From NCBI GenBank assembly GCA_963706955.1, contig CAVPOC010000005.1, positions 96,001 through 160,000 of the forward strand: a DNA stretch of 64,000 nt, read 5' to 3'. The stretch comes from an uncultured Verrucomicrobiae bacterium. Lineage in GTDB: Bacteria; Verrucomicrobiota; Verrucomicrobiia; Chthoniobacterales; Terrimicrobiaceae. Positions 21,123 through 30,403 of the stretch are shown in pieces (within the stretch, counting starts at the first letter, position 1; every line of letters starts with the position of its first letter). Below the pieces are notes generated by a model. That model worked only from the letters and a program-made list of their open reading frames with translations, did no database searches and was not told the DNA's origin. The translations under genes and the position numbers were made by a program.

Positions 21123-22013
21123 ATGCTTAGACCATCCGATCGCTCCAGCAATCAAATTCACCAGGGCGAGTCCGTCCCTCATAGGACCTTGATAGGAGGT
21201 ATGTTCGTGTGCGCTTTGTTGGTTCTCGGTGGATATCTGTTGTTCGTGAACACGCGGTGGGGCCAAATGGTCGACAATGCGGCCTATTCCGGAAGGAACA
21301 TCATTAGGCCTGCTCTCATCGAATATGACCATGTGCTCTTGAATGCGGTGAGCGTCAGAACTCTCGTCGTCGCGATCATCCTCATTCTCGTGGTGGGCGC
21401 TTTGCGCCATTGCTTAACCGCGGCTGCCATGATCGCAGTCGGATTCGCCTGCACGGTGGCCGGAGGCGAGCTCCTGAAGCATGGGCTCCCGTGGCACGCA
21501 CTCGTCCTTAACGACATCCAGCTGCCGCTCGATCTCCAGCGGCACACATATCCGAGCGGACATACCACGATCGGAACCTCACTCGCAATCGCATTGGTTT
21601 TGGTAAGCCCAACGCGATGGCGACTACGGATGGCGGTGGTCGCCGGTCTTCTCAGCGCCTCTTTCGCTACCGGTGTTCTTTTCGTGGGTTGGCACCGACC
21701 ATCGGACGCCCTCGGGGGAATTTTTTGGTCCGGCTTTGGCATGTCCCTGGCTGCACTCTCAGTTATCTCCTTGGGCGGTAAACCGATTCGTGGAGGTCAA
21801 CCTGCTACCGCTCTTCTCAGCAGCATTCTGCTGATGATTGTCGCGGCGATAGCCGTTCCCTTCTGCTTCACCACCTGGAACCTCGCGGATTCACAATTCG
21901 CTCCTCAGGTGTCCTTCTTGATCTTGACTCTGCTCATCATGATCAGTTCTTTCGGCGTCGCGCTCTGGTTCGGTTGGCAGCTACGCTGTGTCGACTGGGT
22001 GGACTACACCTAA
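21123..22013 (+). CDS. PAP2 family membrane phosphatase
   Basis: YPSGH and WHRPSD motifs; multiple TMs. Confidence 0.8.
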   Translation: MLRPSDRSSNQIHQGESVPHRTLIGGMFVCALLVLGGYLLFVNTRWGQMVDNAAYSGRNIIRPALIEYDHVLLNAVSVRTLVVAIILILVVGALRHCLTAAAMIAVGFACTVAGGELLKHGLPWHALVLNDIQLPLDLQRHTYPSGHTTIGTSLAIALVLVSPTRWRLRMAVVAGLLSASFATGVLFVGWHRPSDALGGIFWSGFGMSLAALSVISLGGKPIRGGQPATALLSSILLMIVAAIAVPFCFTTWNLADSQFAPQVSFLILTLLIMISSFGVALWFGWQLRCVDWVDYT

Positions 22014-22321
22014 CTTCCATCCGCCTGCTGCCGCGGCGCACTCCACCTGCCAAACTTCAGGCAATTTTGACTTGGAGCAGGATCTCCATCGCCGAACTCC
22101 CGACTGCAAGAACATGTTCGCTGAATCAATTAAATGATTTCTCGGATTGACGTCCCAAAATAACGGGTTTTCCAGAATGGGGGAAACCCCGACCGCGTTC
22201 TCAGTTGGGTTTCTGACAGCACTGTGTCCTAGCGGAGACGAAGCCTTGTTGAGTTCACAGTCTAACAAGATTTGAGTTCCGGTGGCGATGCGCCACCGAT
22301 CACCAGCAAAGGCGGTGACGT

Positions 22322-23227
22322 ATGACCCTCCTATTGGCACCCTTTGACGTTTTGAGGCGACCTTCGCCGACGGTCTCGAACTGTTCGGAAGATCAAGGCC
22401 GACGAAGATCAGGCAAACTTCCCCACCAAAGACGACTGAGCATCGTCGTGGGAAGCCTAGCTTGGCTATGGACGCTGCTCGCGGCCGTGTTGGTCATTGT
22501 CGTCCCTGCCCTCTTAAGCAATAAGTCCACCCTTTTTTTCGGTCGGAATGTCGACCAGGACAGGGATGAACCAGCATATGAGACCGCTGTCGAGATTCTG
22601 TTTGACTCGCCATACCCTGTGGAAGCGCCGCGAATGTTCGCGCTCGGAGAAGAGTCTTTTGCACCAACAATCCTCTCGTATCACGGGAATATCTTAAATA
22701 GAGCGAAGTCGCTCCTTGCCTCTGAAAACGTGGCGCTGCTGGACGCGCTTCAACCTGCGGGGCTCCACCTCGAGTATCCGGTCAAAGTCAATCTCGGAAG
22801 TTTGACCGTCGCCGAGAACCTTATCAATTTCGGCAAGAAGGCCAATCGCAAGAATGCGAGTCTGGCATCACGCCTTGCACGTGTAACGGTCTATTGGCCC
22901 GAGGAGGGTGATTTCTATACAAGGAACCGGAAAAGTTCCACGGGCACTCGCCTCCGGGATGGCCACTGTGCGGTGGATCCTAAGGTGATCCCTTATGGAA
23001 GCGTGGTGAAGGTTCCCGGAGTGGGACGTTTGGTTGCAGTCGACACAGGCAGAGCGGTGATTTCGAGGCGTGCGGCACGACTCACCGGTCGGACGCGCGA
23101 GCAGCGCAGCGCCATTGTCATCGATGTGTTCTGCTCTACGCGAGCAAAGGCGCGAGCCTTGATCAAACGACTCAAGCACTTTGCCGTCGTCACGTGGCAA
23201 GGGCCGGACCGGGTGGCGGAGCTGTAG
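22322..23227 (+). CDS. 3D-domain (cell-wall associated) protein
   Basis: AVDPKVIPYGS...AVDTG...IDVF. Start uncertain. Confidence 0.75.
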   Translation: MTLLLAPFDVLRRPSPTVSNCSEDQGRRRSGKLPHQRRLSIVVGSLAWLWTLLAAVLVIVVPALLSNKSTLFFGRNVDQDRDEPAYETAVEILFDSPYPVEAPRMFALGEESFAPTILSYHGNILNRAKSLLASENVALLDALQPAGLHLEYPVKVNLGSLTVAENLINFGKKANRKNASLASRLARVTVYWPEEGDFYTRNRKSSTGTRLRDGHCAVDPKVIPYGSVVKVPGVGRLVAVDTGRAVISRRAARLTGRTREQRSAIVIDVFCSTRAKARALIKRLKHFAVVTWQGPDRVAEL

Positions 23228-23741
23228 TCTCAAAATCGTCGATGATATTGACCAACATTGCTCCCGCCATGATCAGGTTTCCGTCGACTCCGGCCGTCGC
23301 GTCGCAAGATATTCCTTTTTGGCTAACGCCGACTCGTCAAACGCGTCGTCTCGCTTGATGCTTCTCGAGAGAACGAGGACGCAGTTCATCTCAAACGGCC
23401 AAGATCCAGACGCAATTACTGGAGTGTGGTGGCCTTACGGTGACAGAGGATCCGGCCCAGGTACTTGGCTAGATTCGGAATCGCTTCTTGCAGCGTGAAG
23501 CGTCCATCGTCATCGTGGAATTCGAATTGGTATTGGCGATGATGAATGGTTCGATTTCAGCGGAACGCGCACTTGAGGCTTGGGGAGCAGCAGTTGTGCA
23601 AAGATGTGGGTCCAAGCGCGGTCTAGCGCCACACCCACTGCCAGGCTCGGAGCGGAGAAGATTTGCTGATTTAAATTCCTGGCGCGGTCGCTCTGCCTCT
23701 CGTGTCATTCGTCACACTCTCGCCGCGTAAAGCTCACTCCT

Positions 23742-24029
23742 ATGCAGAGGCAAGTCGAAATCATCAACAAGCTTGGATTGCATGCACGCCCGGCCGCGCT
23801 TTTCGTGCAATGCGTGATACGTTTTCGAAGCACCGTCTCTATCCAAAAGGATGGCGAACGTTACTCGGCGGCAAGCATCCTGGAAGTTCTCGCTGCCAAT
23901 CTTGATTGTGGAACAAGGATTATCATCGAGGCAGTGGGGCCCGATGAGAAAGAGGCGCTTGATGAGCTCGAAGCACTGCTCAAGCGCCTTCCCGAAGTGG
24001 AAGCCGAAGCCGGCTCGCCAGATTCGTAA
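23742..24029 (+). CDS. ptsH: HPr family phosphocarrier protein
   Basis: NKLGLHARPAA (His15), AASILEVL (Ser46 region) and GPDEKEAL. Confidence 0.88.
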   Translation: MQRQVEIINKLGLHARPAALFVQCVIRFRSTVSIQKDGERYSAASILEVLAANLDCGTRIIIEAVGPDEKEALDELEALLKRLPEVEAEAGSPDS

Positions 24030-24155
24030 CACCTCAGCTTCTGGTCCTACCATCCGAGACATTTACGCGAAAGCGTGATCCGCCCGCTCCCGCGGTGTCA
24101 AATAAGGCGCTCTCAAAACGAGAACGCATCCGTGGCATACTCGAATGGCACCCGA

Positions 24156-24518
24156 TCACGCTGTGACCAACGTCTGAAATCCACCGTAGGCCATGCGCTT
24201 GTAGTCGAACGGCACCTGGCCCTTTTCGCACATACCTTTGAGGCGCTCGTCAGCCATCACTTTCGCATTAACTTCGTCGCGGCTGGACCTCGATTCGAAG
24301 AGTATCCAGGCGAAAACAACCGTTTCATCGGGACCCGCGCTCGCCAATCGTGGAAATGACACCATCTCTTTGGCATCCATGTCCTCTGCGATGCATTCGC
24401 GATACTCAAGCGCGCCGTGCTCGCGTCAAATCTTCGCGGCCTCTTCCGCGATGCTCCGATAGAGGTCTACCTTGTCTTTCGGGATCGGTAGAACGAATCC
24501 GTCAACGTATTGTGCCAT
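24156..24518 (-). pseudogene. DUF1428 family protein with an in-frame TGA at a conserved Trp
   Basis: MAQYVDGFVLPIPKDK...AAKI*REHGALEYREC...PFDYKRMAYGGF. TGA at 24426-24428. Confidence 0.75.
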
Positions 24519-25089
24519 ATTTTTCTCCTTTTGGTTTGTTACAGTGGAACACGCTCGATTAGGTCAAGCATGCGAATCTCGACAGGCGACTTCAATGAAC
24601 GACACGATTTAGAATGTTTTCGACTCGGTGCGTGCCGGGACGCGAAGGCCTCCCTGCGTCGGCGTTTGCGGTGGGGATATTTGACCCAATGGCATGGTGT
24701 CATTCAACCCTCGCGCCCGTGAGGATGCGCTTCCCCTCGGCTGACAACGCCTTTTCGTGCCACCAAGACTCTTCCTTGATGAAATCTGCGCGTCCCTCAT
24801 TACCAATGCTTGTCCGAAGATACGACGAACCAAAAATGTCTGACAGGACATCGAACAGAGAAAAATCTCACAAGTTCTACAAGGGGCTCGTCGACCGCTC
24901 TCGAATTCCTCTTCATTGGGCCGGCTGAGCGAGAAGCTCGGCCGACGTCTCGATGGCAGAACAGCCAATCAAGGATGATAACCTGTATGCCTGTCTTGAA
25001 AAGCGCATGCGAGGGAGGAATCTGCCTCGCGCCCGCAGGGCCAAGTTGAAGGAGCCCGTCGCGCAACCTGTAACAATAAAGACCACCCG

Positions 25090-27132
25090 GTGATCCCAGG
25101 AGCCCACTCACCTGGGGCGAGAATTTTTCTTGCCTCCTTTCTTGTACTTTTCCTTGAGATCGCGCTGATTCGCTGGATGCCAGCTTACATCCGGTTGCTC
25201 GCTTACTTTTCGAATTTTATCCTCCTGGCCAGCTTTCTCGGAATCGGGGTCGGCTGCCTGCTGGCGTCGTCACGAAAACAGCTCTTCACACTGTTTCCAC
25301 TAATCCAAGCGCTCGTCATCGCGATGGTTTACTTTTTCCGGCTCGAAGTAGCTGTCGCCCCGACCGGGAGCCTCTACTTCTCGAGCGGAACTGCCGAGCA
25401 GGTCGTGGCCGTGGAAAGCACATTGCTGCTGCCGGTGATATTTGTGGTCGTGGCGGCCCTGTTTACCACTCTCGCCCAGCGCATGGGAAAGGAGATGGGC
25501 ACACTTCCGCCGCTCCGCGGATACACGCTAAATCTGCTCGGCAGCCTTACAGGTGTTGGACTCTTTGCGCTCATTTCCTGGTTGCAACTCTCGCCAACCT
25601 GGTGGTTCGCCATTGGCTTCGCCGCGGCAATTCCACTCCTGCTGACCTCCGAGCCGGGCACGGGCCACTCTGCGCCTAAGGGCGTCGCACTCACGACGAA
25701 CATCATTCTCCTGCTCGCCGCGCTGTTTTGTGTTCATCTCCTCGCACGAGGCGCACGCTGGTCACCATACTACAAAATTACCTTTGGACGAGCAGATGGG
25801 GACGCGGTGATAGAGGTGAACAACATTTTTCACCAATCAATGGCCCCGGTAGGCCAGAAAGAATACTTCTACCAATGGCCCTACATGGCCTTTGGGGACA
25901 CGTTTCAAAACGTTCTCGTCCTCGGCGCAGGCTCGGGAACGGATGTTGCCGCGGCCTTGAAACATGGCGCCATTCATGTTGATGCCGTCGAGATTGATCC
26001 CGTAATTGTCCAGCTCGGGCGTGAATATCATCCTGATAGGCCCTATTCCGATCCTCGCGTTAACGTCATCATCGACGACGCACGACATTTTCTCAGGACA
26101 ACAACGAAGAAGTATGATCTGGTAGTTTTTGCCTTGATCGATTCGCTGACGCTGCAATCAAGCTTCTCCGGCGTCCGGCTGGAGAGTTATATGTTTACGG
26201 AGGAAGCCTTCCAAGCTGTCAAGAATCGCCTCGCCGCAGACGGGTTGCTGGTCGTCTACAACTACTTCCGCGAACCATGGCTCGTCGATCGGCTGGCAAA
26301 CATCTCGGCTGCGGCCTTTGGGCAGGAACCACGTGTGCACGTCCATGAAGCGCGTGCCTATCTTGGGGTCTTAATGGCTGGGCCGAGACTATCCAAGTTG
26401 ACAAAGGATCCATCGATCCCGGTGCGCGTTACTGCGTATGGGCAGTCGCACGCACCAAGTCCGGCACGTATCCATAGACGCGATGCGACCATTGAACCGG
26501 CAAGTGACGATTGGCCGTTTCTTTACCTTCGTGACCGCCACATCCCCCAGCACTATCTTTCCGCATTGGGTCTCATCCTGGCAGTATCTACGGTTGCCGT
26601 TTTCCTCGTTCTTCGGGGACATCCCGGGAGATGGGCATGGGACTTCTTCCTTCTCGGAGCTGGATTCATGCTCCTCGAGACCCGATCGATCACTCAGTTT
26701 GCGCTGTTGTGGGGATCAACGTGGGTAGTGGCATCGCTCGCCATTGCCTCTGTCCTGGCGATGGCGCTCGTGGCCAACTTCATTGTCTCCAAAGTTGAGA
26801 TCGTCAGATTATGGTTGGTCGGAGGTATTCTTTTCACCCTCCTGGCGGTGAACTTCTTGATTCCTGTCGGCTCAATCAGCTTTGAGTCCCGTATCGTCGA
26901 ATCGCTTTTCTACGCCGGCCTAATGTTTAGCCCGATCTTGTGTGCGGGACTGTTGTTTGGTTCTTCCGTTAAGCGATCGACGGCGCTCGCTCGGGACTAT
27001 GGCACCAATCTTCTCGGCGCGATGTTCGGCGGAGTCAGTGAATACCTCGCCTTAGTCACCGGCTTCGGCACACTACTGTTCGCCATCGCACTTTGCTACG
27101 TCGGCGCCATTGTTGCCATGAAACGACACTAA
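25090..27132 (+). CDS. Polytopic membrane protein with a central spermidine-synthase-like SAM-binding domain
   Basis: VLVLGAGSGTD, VEIDP, DDARHFL, YDLVVF and DDWPFLY, flanked by many TMs. Confidence 0.8.
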   Translation: MIPGAHSPGARIFLASFLVLFLEIALIRWMPAYIRLLAYFSNFILLASFLGIGVGCLLASSRKQLFTLFPLIQALVIAMVYFFRLEVAVAPTGSLYFSSGTAEQVVAVESTLLLPVIFVVVAALFTTLAQRMGKEMGTLPPLRGYTLNLLGSLTGVGLFALISWLQLSPTWWFAIGFAAAIPLLLTSEPGTGHSAPKGVALTTNIILLLAALFCVHLLARGARWSPYYKITFGRADGDAVIEVNNIFHQSMAPVGQKEYFYQWPYMAFGDTFQNVLVLGAGSGTDVAAALKHGAIHVDAVEIDPVIVQLGREYHPDRPYSDPRVNVIIDDARHFLRTTTKKYDLVVFALIDSLTLQSSFSGVRLESYMFTEEAFQAVKNRLAADGLLVVYNYFREPWLVDRLANISAAAFGQEPRVHVHEARAYLGVLMAGPRLSKLTKDPSIPVRVTAYGQSHAPSPARIHRRDATIEPASDDWPFLYLRDRHIPQHYLSALGLILAVSTVAVFLVLRGHPGRWAWDFFLLGAGFMLLETRSITQFALLWGSTWVVASLAIASVLAMALVANFIVSKVEIVRLWLVGGILFTLLAVNFLIPVGSISFESRIVESLFYAGLMFSPILCAGLLFGSSVKRSTALARDYGTNLLGAMFGGVSEYLALVTGFGTLLFAIALCYVGAIVAMKRH

Positions 27133-27210
27133 GAGCTCGGCTGCCAGTTTCGACAAGGGGAGAGAATCCAGGCGAGCTCGTTCGCCGGATCGAATCTCCG
27201 CTGGACTAGT

Positions 27211-27339
27211 TTATCTCCAAGTGTAATCCCGAAAGAGTCGTCTGGCCGTTGCCCCTTTTGGGTCCTTGCTTGGCTTCAGGTCCTTGACTTGAATTGTGCT
27301 CTTTTCTTTCTTCGGCTGTTTGTTTGATTTGGCTTTCAT
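27211..27339 (-). CDS. Putative precursor peptide A6 (42 aa)
   Basis: MKAKSNKQPKKEKSTIQVKDLKPSKDPKGA-TARRLFRDYTWR. The tail follows an AAAAGGGG run, so its frame is sensitive to homopolymer error. Confidence 0.7.
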   Translation of the reverse strand: MKAKSNKQPKKEKSTIQVKDLKPSKDPKGATARRLFRDYTWR

Positions 27340-27502
27340 TCTGGCGGTTTGATGGTGGCTTGAGGCCGTTAATAAAATCCTGCTAACGAGAGGGACCGTG
27401 TGCTGAACTCCCGGTCGGAATAATTCGCCGATGTTCAGCTTAGCTCATCAGGTCCCGCAGGAACGGCTTAATGGGCCGACTTATCGAACTTAGGCAATAA
27501 CG

Positions 27503-27661
27503 TTATGCGAAACCACCGCCGGCTCCAAGTCGGCGAAGAGGTCTACCAGGCATCTCCCGACCCCGTATTCCTTGCCCCTTCGAGTCCTTAGTTGGCTCCA
27601 GGTCCTTGAGTTGAACAGTGGGGTTAACCTTCTTGGGTTGTTTCGATGACATTTCTTTCAT
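27503..27661 (-). CDS. Putative precursor peptide A5 (52 aa)
   Basis: MKEMSSKQPKKVNPTVQLKDLEPTKDSKGQ-GIRGREMPGRPLRRLGAGGGFA. Confidence 0.8.
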   Translation of the reverse strand: MKEMSSKQPKKVNPTVQLKDLEPTKDSKGQGIRGREMPGRPLRRLGAGGGFA

Positions 27662-27705
27662 GTCGCTGGTGCGTTTGCGGCTTCTAAGACATCACTGCGC
27701 ATGCC

Positions 27706-27858
27706 CTAGAATGCCAAAGGGCGAAGGGGTCCGGGACGACGCATGGGTAACTCCCGACCAGGTCGGAGTTGCCCCTTTGAATCCTTGGTAGGTTGAAGGT
27801 CTTTGAGTTCGACACCGGGTTTGTCTTTTTTGGACTGTTTCGTTGGTTTCTCTTTCAT
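27706..27858 (-). CDS. Putative precursor peptide A4 (50 aa)
   Basis: MKEKPTKQSKKDKPGVELKDLQPTKDSKGQ-LRPGRELPMRRPGPLRPLAF. Confidence 0.82.
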   Translation of the reverse strand: MKEKPTKQSKKDKPGVELKDLQPTKDSKGQLRPGRELPMRRPGPLRPLAF

Positions 27859-27980
27859 GCTTGTGGTTCGTTCTGTTGTTGTTCTTGCGACTTAGCGCCA
27901 AAACACCGTTTGGCGCCTGCTTTCGCTTGTTCTTACAAAAGTTTGCTGAGTCGGACTTGATTCCTGGGTGATGTCTTCGC
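27855..27980 (-). pseudogene. Degenerate family-B peptide copy B4
   Basis: AKTSPRNQVRLSKLL*EQAKAGAKRCFGAKSQEQQQNEPQA* aligns with B1. It has an internal TAA, and its stop overlaps the A4 start. Confidence 0.6.
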
Positions 27981-28100
27981 CTGGAAGAGTGCACTAACAA
28001 CCGCGACGTCCCGGTCGAGGATCCCCTTGCGAGCTCGGCGTCCGTCAGCAAATCGCGAGCGAGACAGAGGCGGCAACGTTCAATAAGCGGGATCTCGACC

Positions 28101-28250
28101 TTACAACCGCGAAAGACCTCCGGGAATTCGAAGAATATCACGAGAAGCCATCAGTCGCTTTTGCCCTTGGGCATCTTTGATCGGCTTGAGGTCCTTAATT
28201 TGGACGCCGGGTTTTTCTTTTTTGGACTGGTTCGTCGATTTTTCTTTCAT
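28101..28250 (-). CDS. Putative precursor peptide A3 (49 aa)
   Basis: MKEKSTNQSKKEKPGVQIKDLKPIKDAQGQ-KRLMASRDILRIPGGLSRL. Confidence 0.82.
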   Translation of the reverse strand: MKEKSTNQSKKEKPGVQIKDLKPIKDAQGQKRLMASRDILRIPGGLSRL

Positions 28251-28372
28251 GGTTGTGGTTTGTTCTACTGTTGTTCTCGCGATTTCAAACGACGCGAAGT
28301 TGTGTTGCCGAGCTTAGTGTCCCCCTTGGGTGTAGAATCGTGGAATCGATTTGACTTGCCGATGACCCTTCT
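28247..28372 (-). pseudogene. Degenerate family-B peptide copy B3
   Basis: SSASQI / RFHDSTPKGDTKLG...KSREQQ*NKPQP* with a frameshift and an internal stop. Same position as B1, upstream of an A copy. Confidence 0.45.
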
Positions 28373-28502
28373 CGTCCCGGCGGCCGATCCTCGGTTCGCC
28401 GAGGCGTGTTAACTAATAACGGCTACCGTTTAAAAAAATGGCCCCCAGACTCGCCCACTTCGTAGCGACATTGAACGACTGACCGCTGAGTCGCGATCGA
28501 CC

Positions 28503-28676
28503 TCAACGGCGCGGAAAGCGTTCTCCAGGAAGTTGAATTATATCTGGAGAAAGCATTCTCATATCTTGAGAAGGCATCAGTCGCTTCTGTCCTTGGGCAT
28601 CTTTGGTCGGCTTGAGGTCCTTGATTTGAACAGCGGGTTTGTCTTTCTTGGACTGCTTGGATGATTTCTCTTTCAT
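28503..28676 (-). CDS. Putative precursor peptide A2 (57 aa)
   Basis: MKEKSSKQSKKDKPAVQIKDLKPTKDAQGQ-KRLMPSQDMRMLSPDIIQLPGERFPRR. Confidence 0.82.
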   Translation of the reverse strand: MKEKSSKQSKKDKPAVQIKDLKPTKDAQGQKRLMPSQDMRMLSPDIIQLPGERFPRR

Positions 28677-28789
28677 GCGTTTGGTTGGTTCTTTTTTGAC
28701 TTCTGCGGCTTGGCTTCCAAAGTCGGTCCGGCGTGCGGCTTCACCTCGCTCTCGGGAGGAGATTCGTTGAGCCGAATGTGTTTGGCCAA
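28673..28789 (-). CDS. Divergent family-B peptide B2 (TTG start, 38 aa)
   Basis: LAKHIRLNESPPESEVKPHAGPTLEAKPQKSKKNQPNA. Stop overlaps the A2 ATG (ATGA). Confidence 0.5.
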   Translation of the reverse strand: MAKHIRLNESPPESEVKPHAGPTLEAKPQKSKKNQPNA

Positions 28790-28932
28790 TGAGCTTTTCT
28801 CTTCACGAAAGGCGTATAGGCACTAAGCTGTGGTCGTTAACGTAGCTGCGACTATGGATACGCGTTTGCAACTCGTCCACGCCGCCTCAACAGCAACGAA
28901 TAGCCTTTAGGCGCGGTTCGACCTTTAACCCC

Positions 28933-29073
28933 TCAGAAGCCTCCAGGTCTCCGAAAAATCTCTTCAGAGGCCATCATTCGCCTCTGCCCCTGAGCATCCT
29001 TGGTTGGCTTGAGGTCTTTGATTTGGACAGCTGGTTTATCTTTCTTGGACTGCTTGGATGATTTCTCTTTCAT
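28933..29073 (-). CDS. Putative precursor peptide A1 (46 aa)
   Basis: MKEKSSKQSKKDKPAVQIKDLKPTKDAQGQ-RRMMASEEIFRRPGGF. Confidence 0.82.
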   Translation of the reverse strand: MKEKSSKQSKKDKPAVQIKDLKPTKDAQGQRRMMASEEIFRRPGGF

Positions 29074-29075
29074 GC

Positions 29076-29183
29076 TTACGGTTCACTCTTTTTTGGGTTT
29101 TGCGGCTTGGCACCAAACACCATTCGGCGGCCCGCTTTGGCGTCCTTCTTGGGTATGAGATCGTCGAGCCGAATCTGATTCAT
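29076..29183 (-). CDS. Family-B peptide B1 (35 aa)
   Basis: MNQIRLDDLIPKKDAKAG-RRMVFGAKPQNPKKSEP. Shares DLxPxKDxx with the A leaders. Confidence 0.72.
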   Translation of the reverse strand: MNQIRLDDLIPKKDAKAGRRMVFGAKPQNPKKSEP

Positions 29184-29265
29184 CGGCGACGTTTTCTCGG
29201 CGCGGGCAGGGGTCGAGCGATGCTTGGGCGGTTGATCACTCACGTTTAAGCCTCGGACGTCTAAG

Positions 29266-29281
29266 ATCAAATTTCATGCCA
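29266..29281 (-). promoter_or_regulatory. Candidate sigma-54 (-24/-12) promoter for the peptide array
   Basis: TGGCATGAAATTTGAT against consensus TGGCAC-N5-TTGCW: correct spacing, GA in place of GC at -12. It lies between the activator gene and B1. Confidence 0.55.
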
Positions 29282-29414
29282 CCTCGCGCGCGGACCCAGC
29301 AAAATAGGGAAAAGGCTAATTCCAAGGCGCTTAATCGAAGCACGCCTGCAAAGGACAAACGATTCTACTGGTAACGAATCAGCGCAGCCCTGCTTCGAAA
29401 TAGCTCCGGTCGCT

Positions 29415-30399
29415 TTAGTTTGGAGCCAGGCCGCGCAGATGCCGCGCAAGTTTCCCTCTCGAAATCCGGAGGATCCGGGCAGTTTCGCGTTGGTTGCAAT
29501 CCGACATCTCGTAGACGCGACGGACGTGCTCACGGATAATGGCGTCAAGAGCAAACTGGTTTGCAGCTTCCTCGTGCGCGGCAGTTCCCTTGGCACCATT
29601 TAGTGGTCGCTCCACTGCGAGATCGCGCTCAAACGAGACGTGCTTAGGGTGAACCACGTTGCCATCACAAAAGAGCGCAACGCTACGCATGGTATGGTAG
29701 AGTTCGCGTAGGTTTCCCGGCCAGGCATGATTCAGCAGCATCTCCATGGCCGCAGGATGAATGGATGTGATGCGATTTCCCGATCTCAGCCGCTGCGGCC
29801 TCAAGTTCCATGGCGATCAAAGAGGGCAAATCTTCCTGGCGCTCGCACAGCGAAGGGATGAACAGCACGAGGCCATCAAGGCGATGATAGAGATCCTCGC
29901 GAAATTTTCCCGCGGCAATACGCTCCCGCAGCGAGCAATTCGTTGCGGAGATGATGCGGACATTCGAACGGTGCAGGCGCTCACCTCCGACGCGCTCGAA
30001 CTCGCCATACTCCACCGCGCGCAGGATCTTCGCTTGGGCAAGTGGGCTCATGTCCGCAATTTCATCGAGGAAAAGCGTGCCGGTGTGAGCCGTCTCAAAC
30101 TTTCCTCGATGCACCTGCATTGCTCCGGTGAACGCGCCGCGTTCGTGGCCGAAAAGCTCGCTTTCGAGCAGCGTGTCACTCATTGAGGATGCGTTGAAGG
30201 AAACAAATGGTCCGTGCGCTCGCGCCGAAGAATTGTGAATAGCATGCGCCAGCAGGGTCTTGCCCGTTCCGGTCCGGCCGAGAATGAGCACCGGAGCGTC
30301 GCTTTTGGCAGCAAAGGATGCCAGTTGGAGACACCGTCGCATGACGGGATTACGCGAAGTGAGTTCCTCCAAACGCAGATCGGTAATGGTCCGCATCAT
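29415..30399 (-). CDS. Sigma-54-dependent activator (AAA+ plus HTH, no receiver domain), frameshift near 29775
   Basis: GRTGTGKT, ESELFGHERGAFTGA, LFLDEI and FREDLYHRL, then in the second frame WPGNLREL and NQRETARILRISR. Confidence 0.88.
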
Positions 30400-30403
30400 G
30401 AGG

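Larger units (their letters stand above)
27211..29183 (-). repeat. Tandem array of diverged peptide-gene units
   Basis: A-family starts at 29073, 28676, 28250, 27858, 27661 and 27339 (spacings 397, 426, 392, 197, 322), with recurrent plus-strand segments such as ggtccttga and tttctctttcatg. Confidence 0.85.

Noticed and set aside
22110..22320. c-di-AMP (ydaO) riboswitch upstream of the 3D-domain gene
   Set aside because: Only CGCTGAATC and GGGGGAA fragments match and the downstream conserved elements are not visible. An Infernal search would be needed.
24426..24428. Alternative genetic code (TGA = Trp)
   Set aside because: Many intact genes here end in TGA and use TGG for Trp.
27692..28141. 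149-aa ORF-track ORF, plus the plus-strand ORFs at 28161 and 29058
   Set aside because: These are off-frame or antisense shadows of the peptide genes.
27211..29183. CRISPR array or non-coding repeat reading of the recurring segments
   Set aside because: Units are 200-430 bp apart and diverged. They keep open frames with conserved amino acids, and no cas genes are present.
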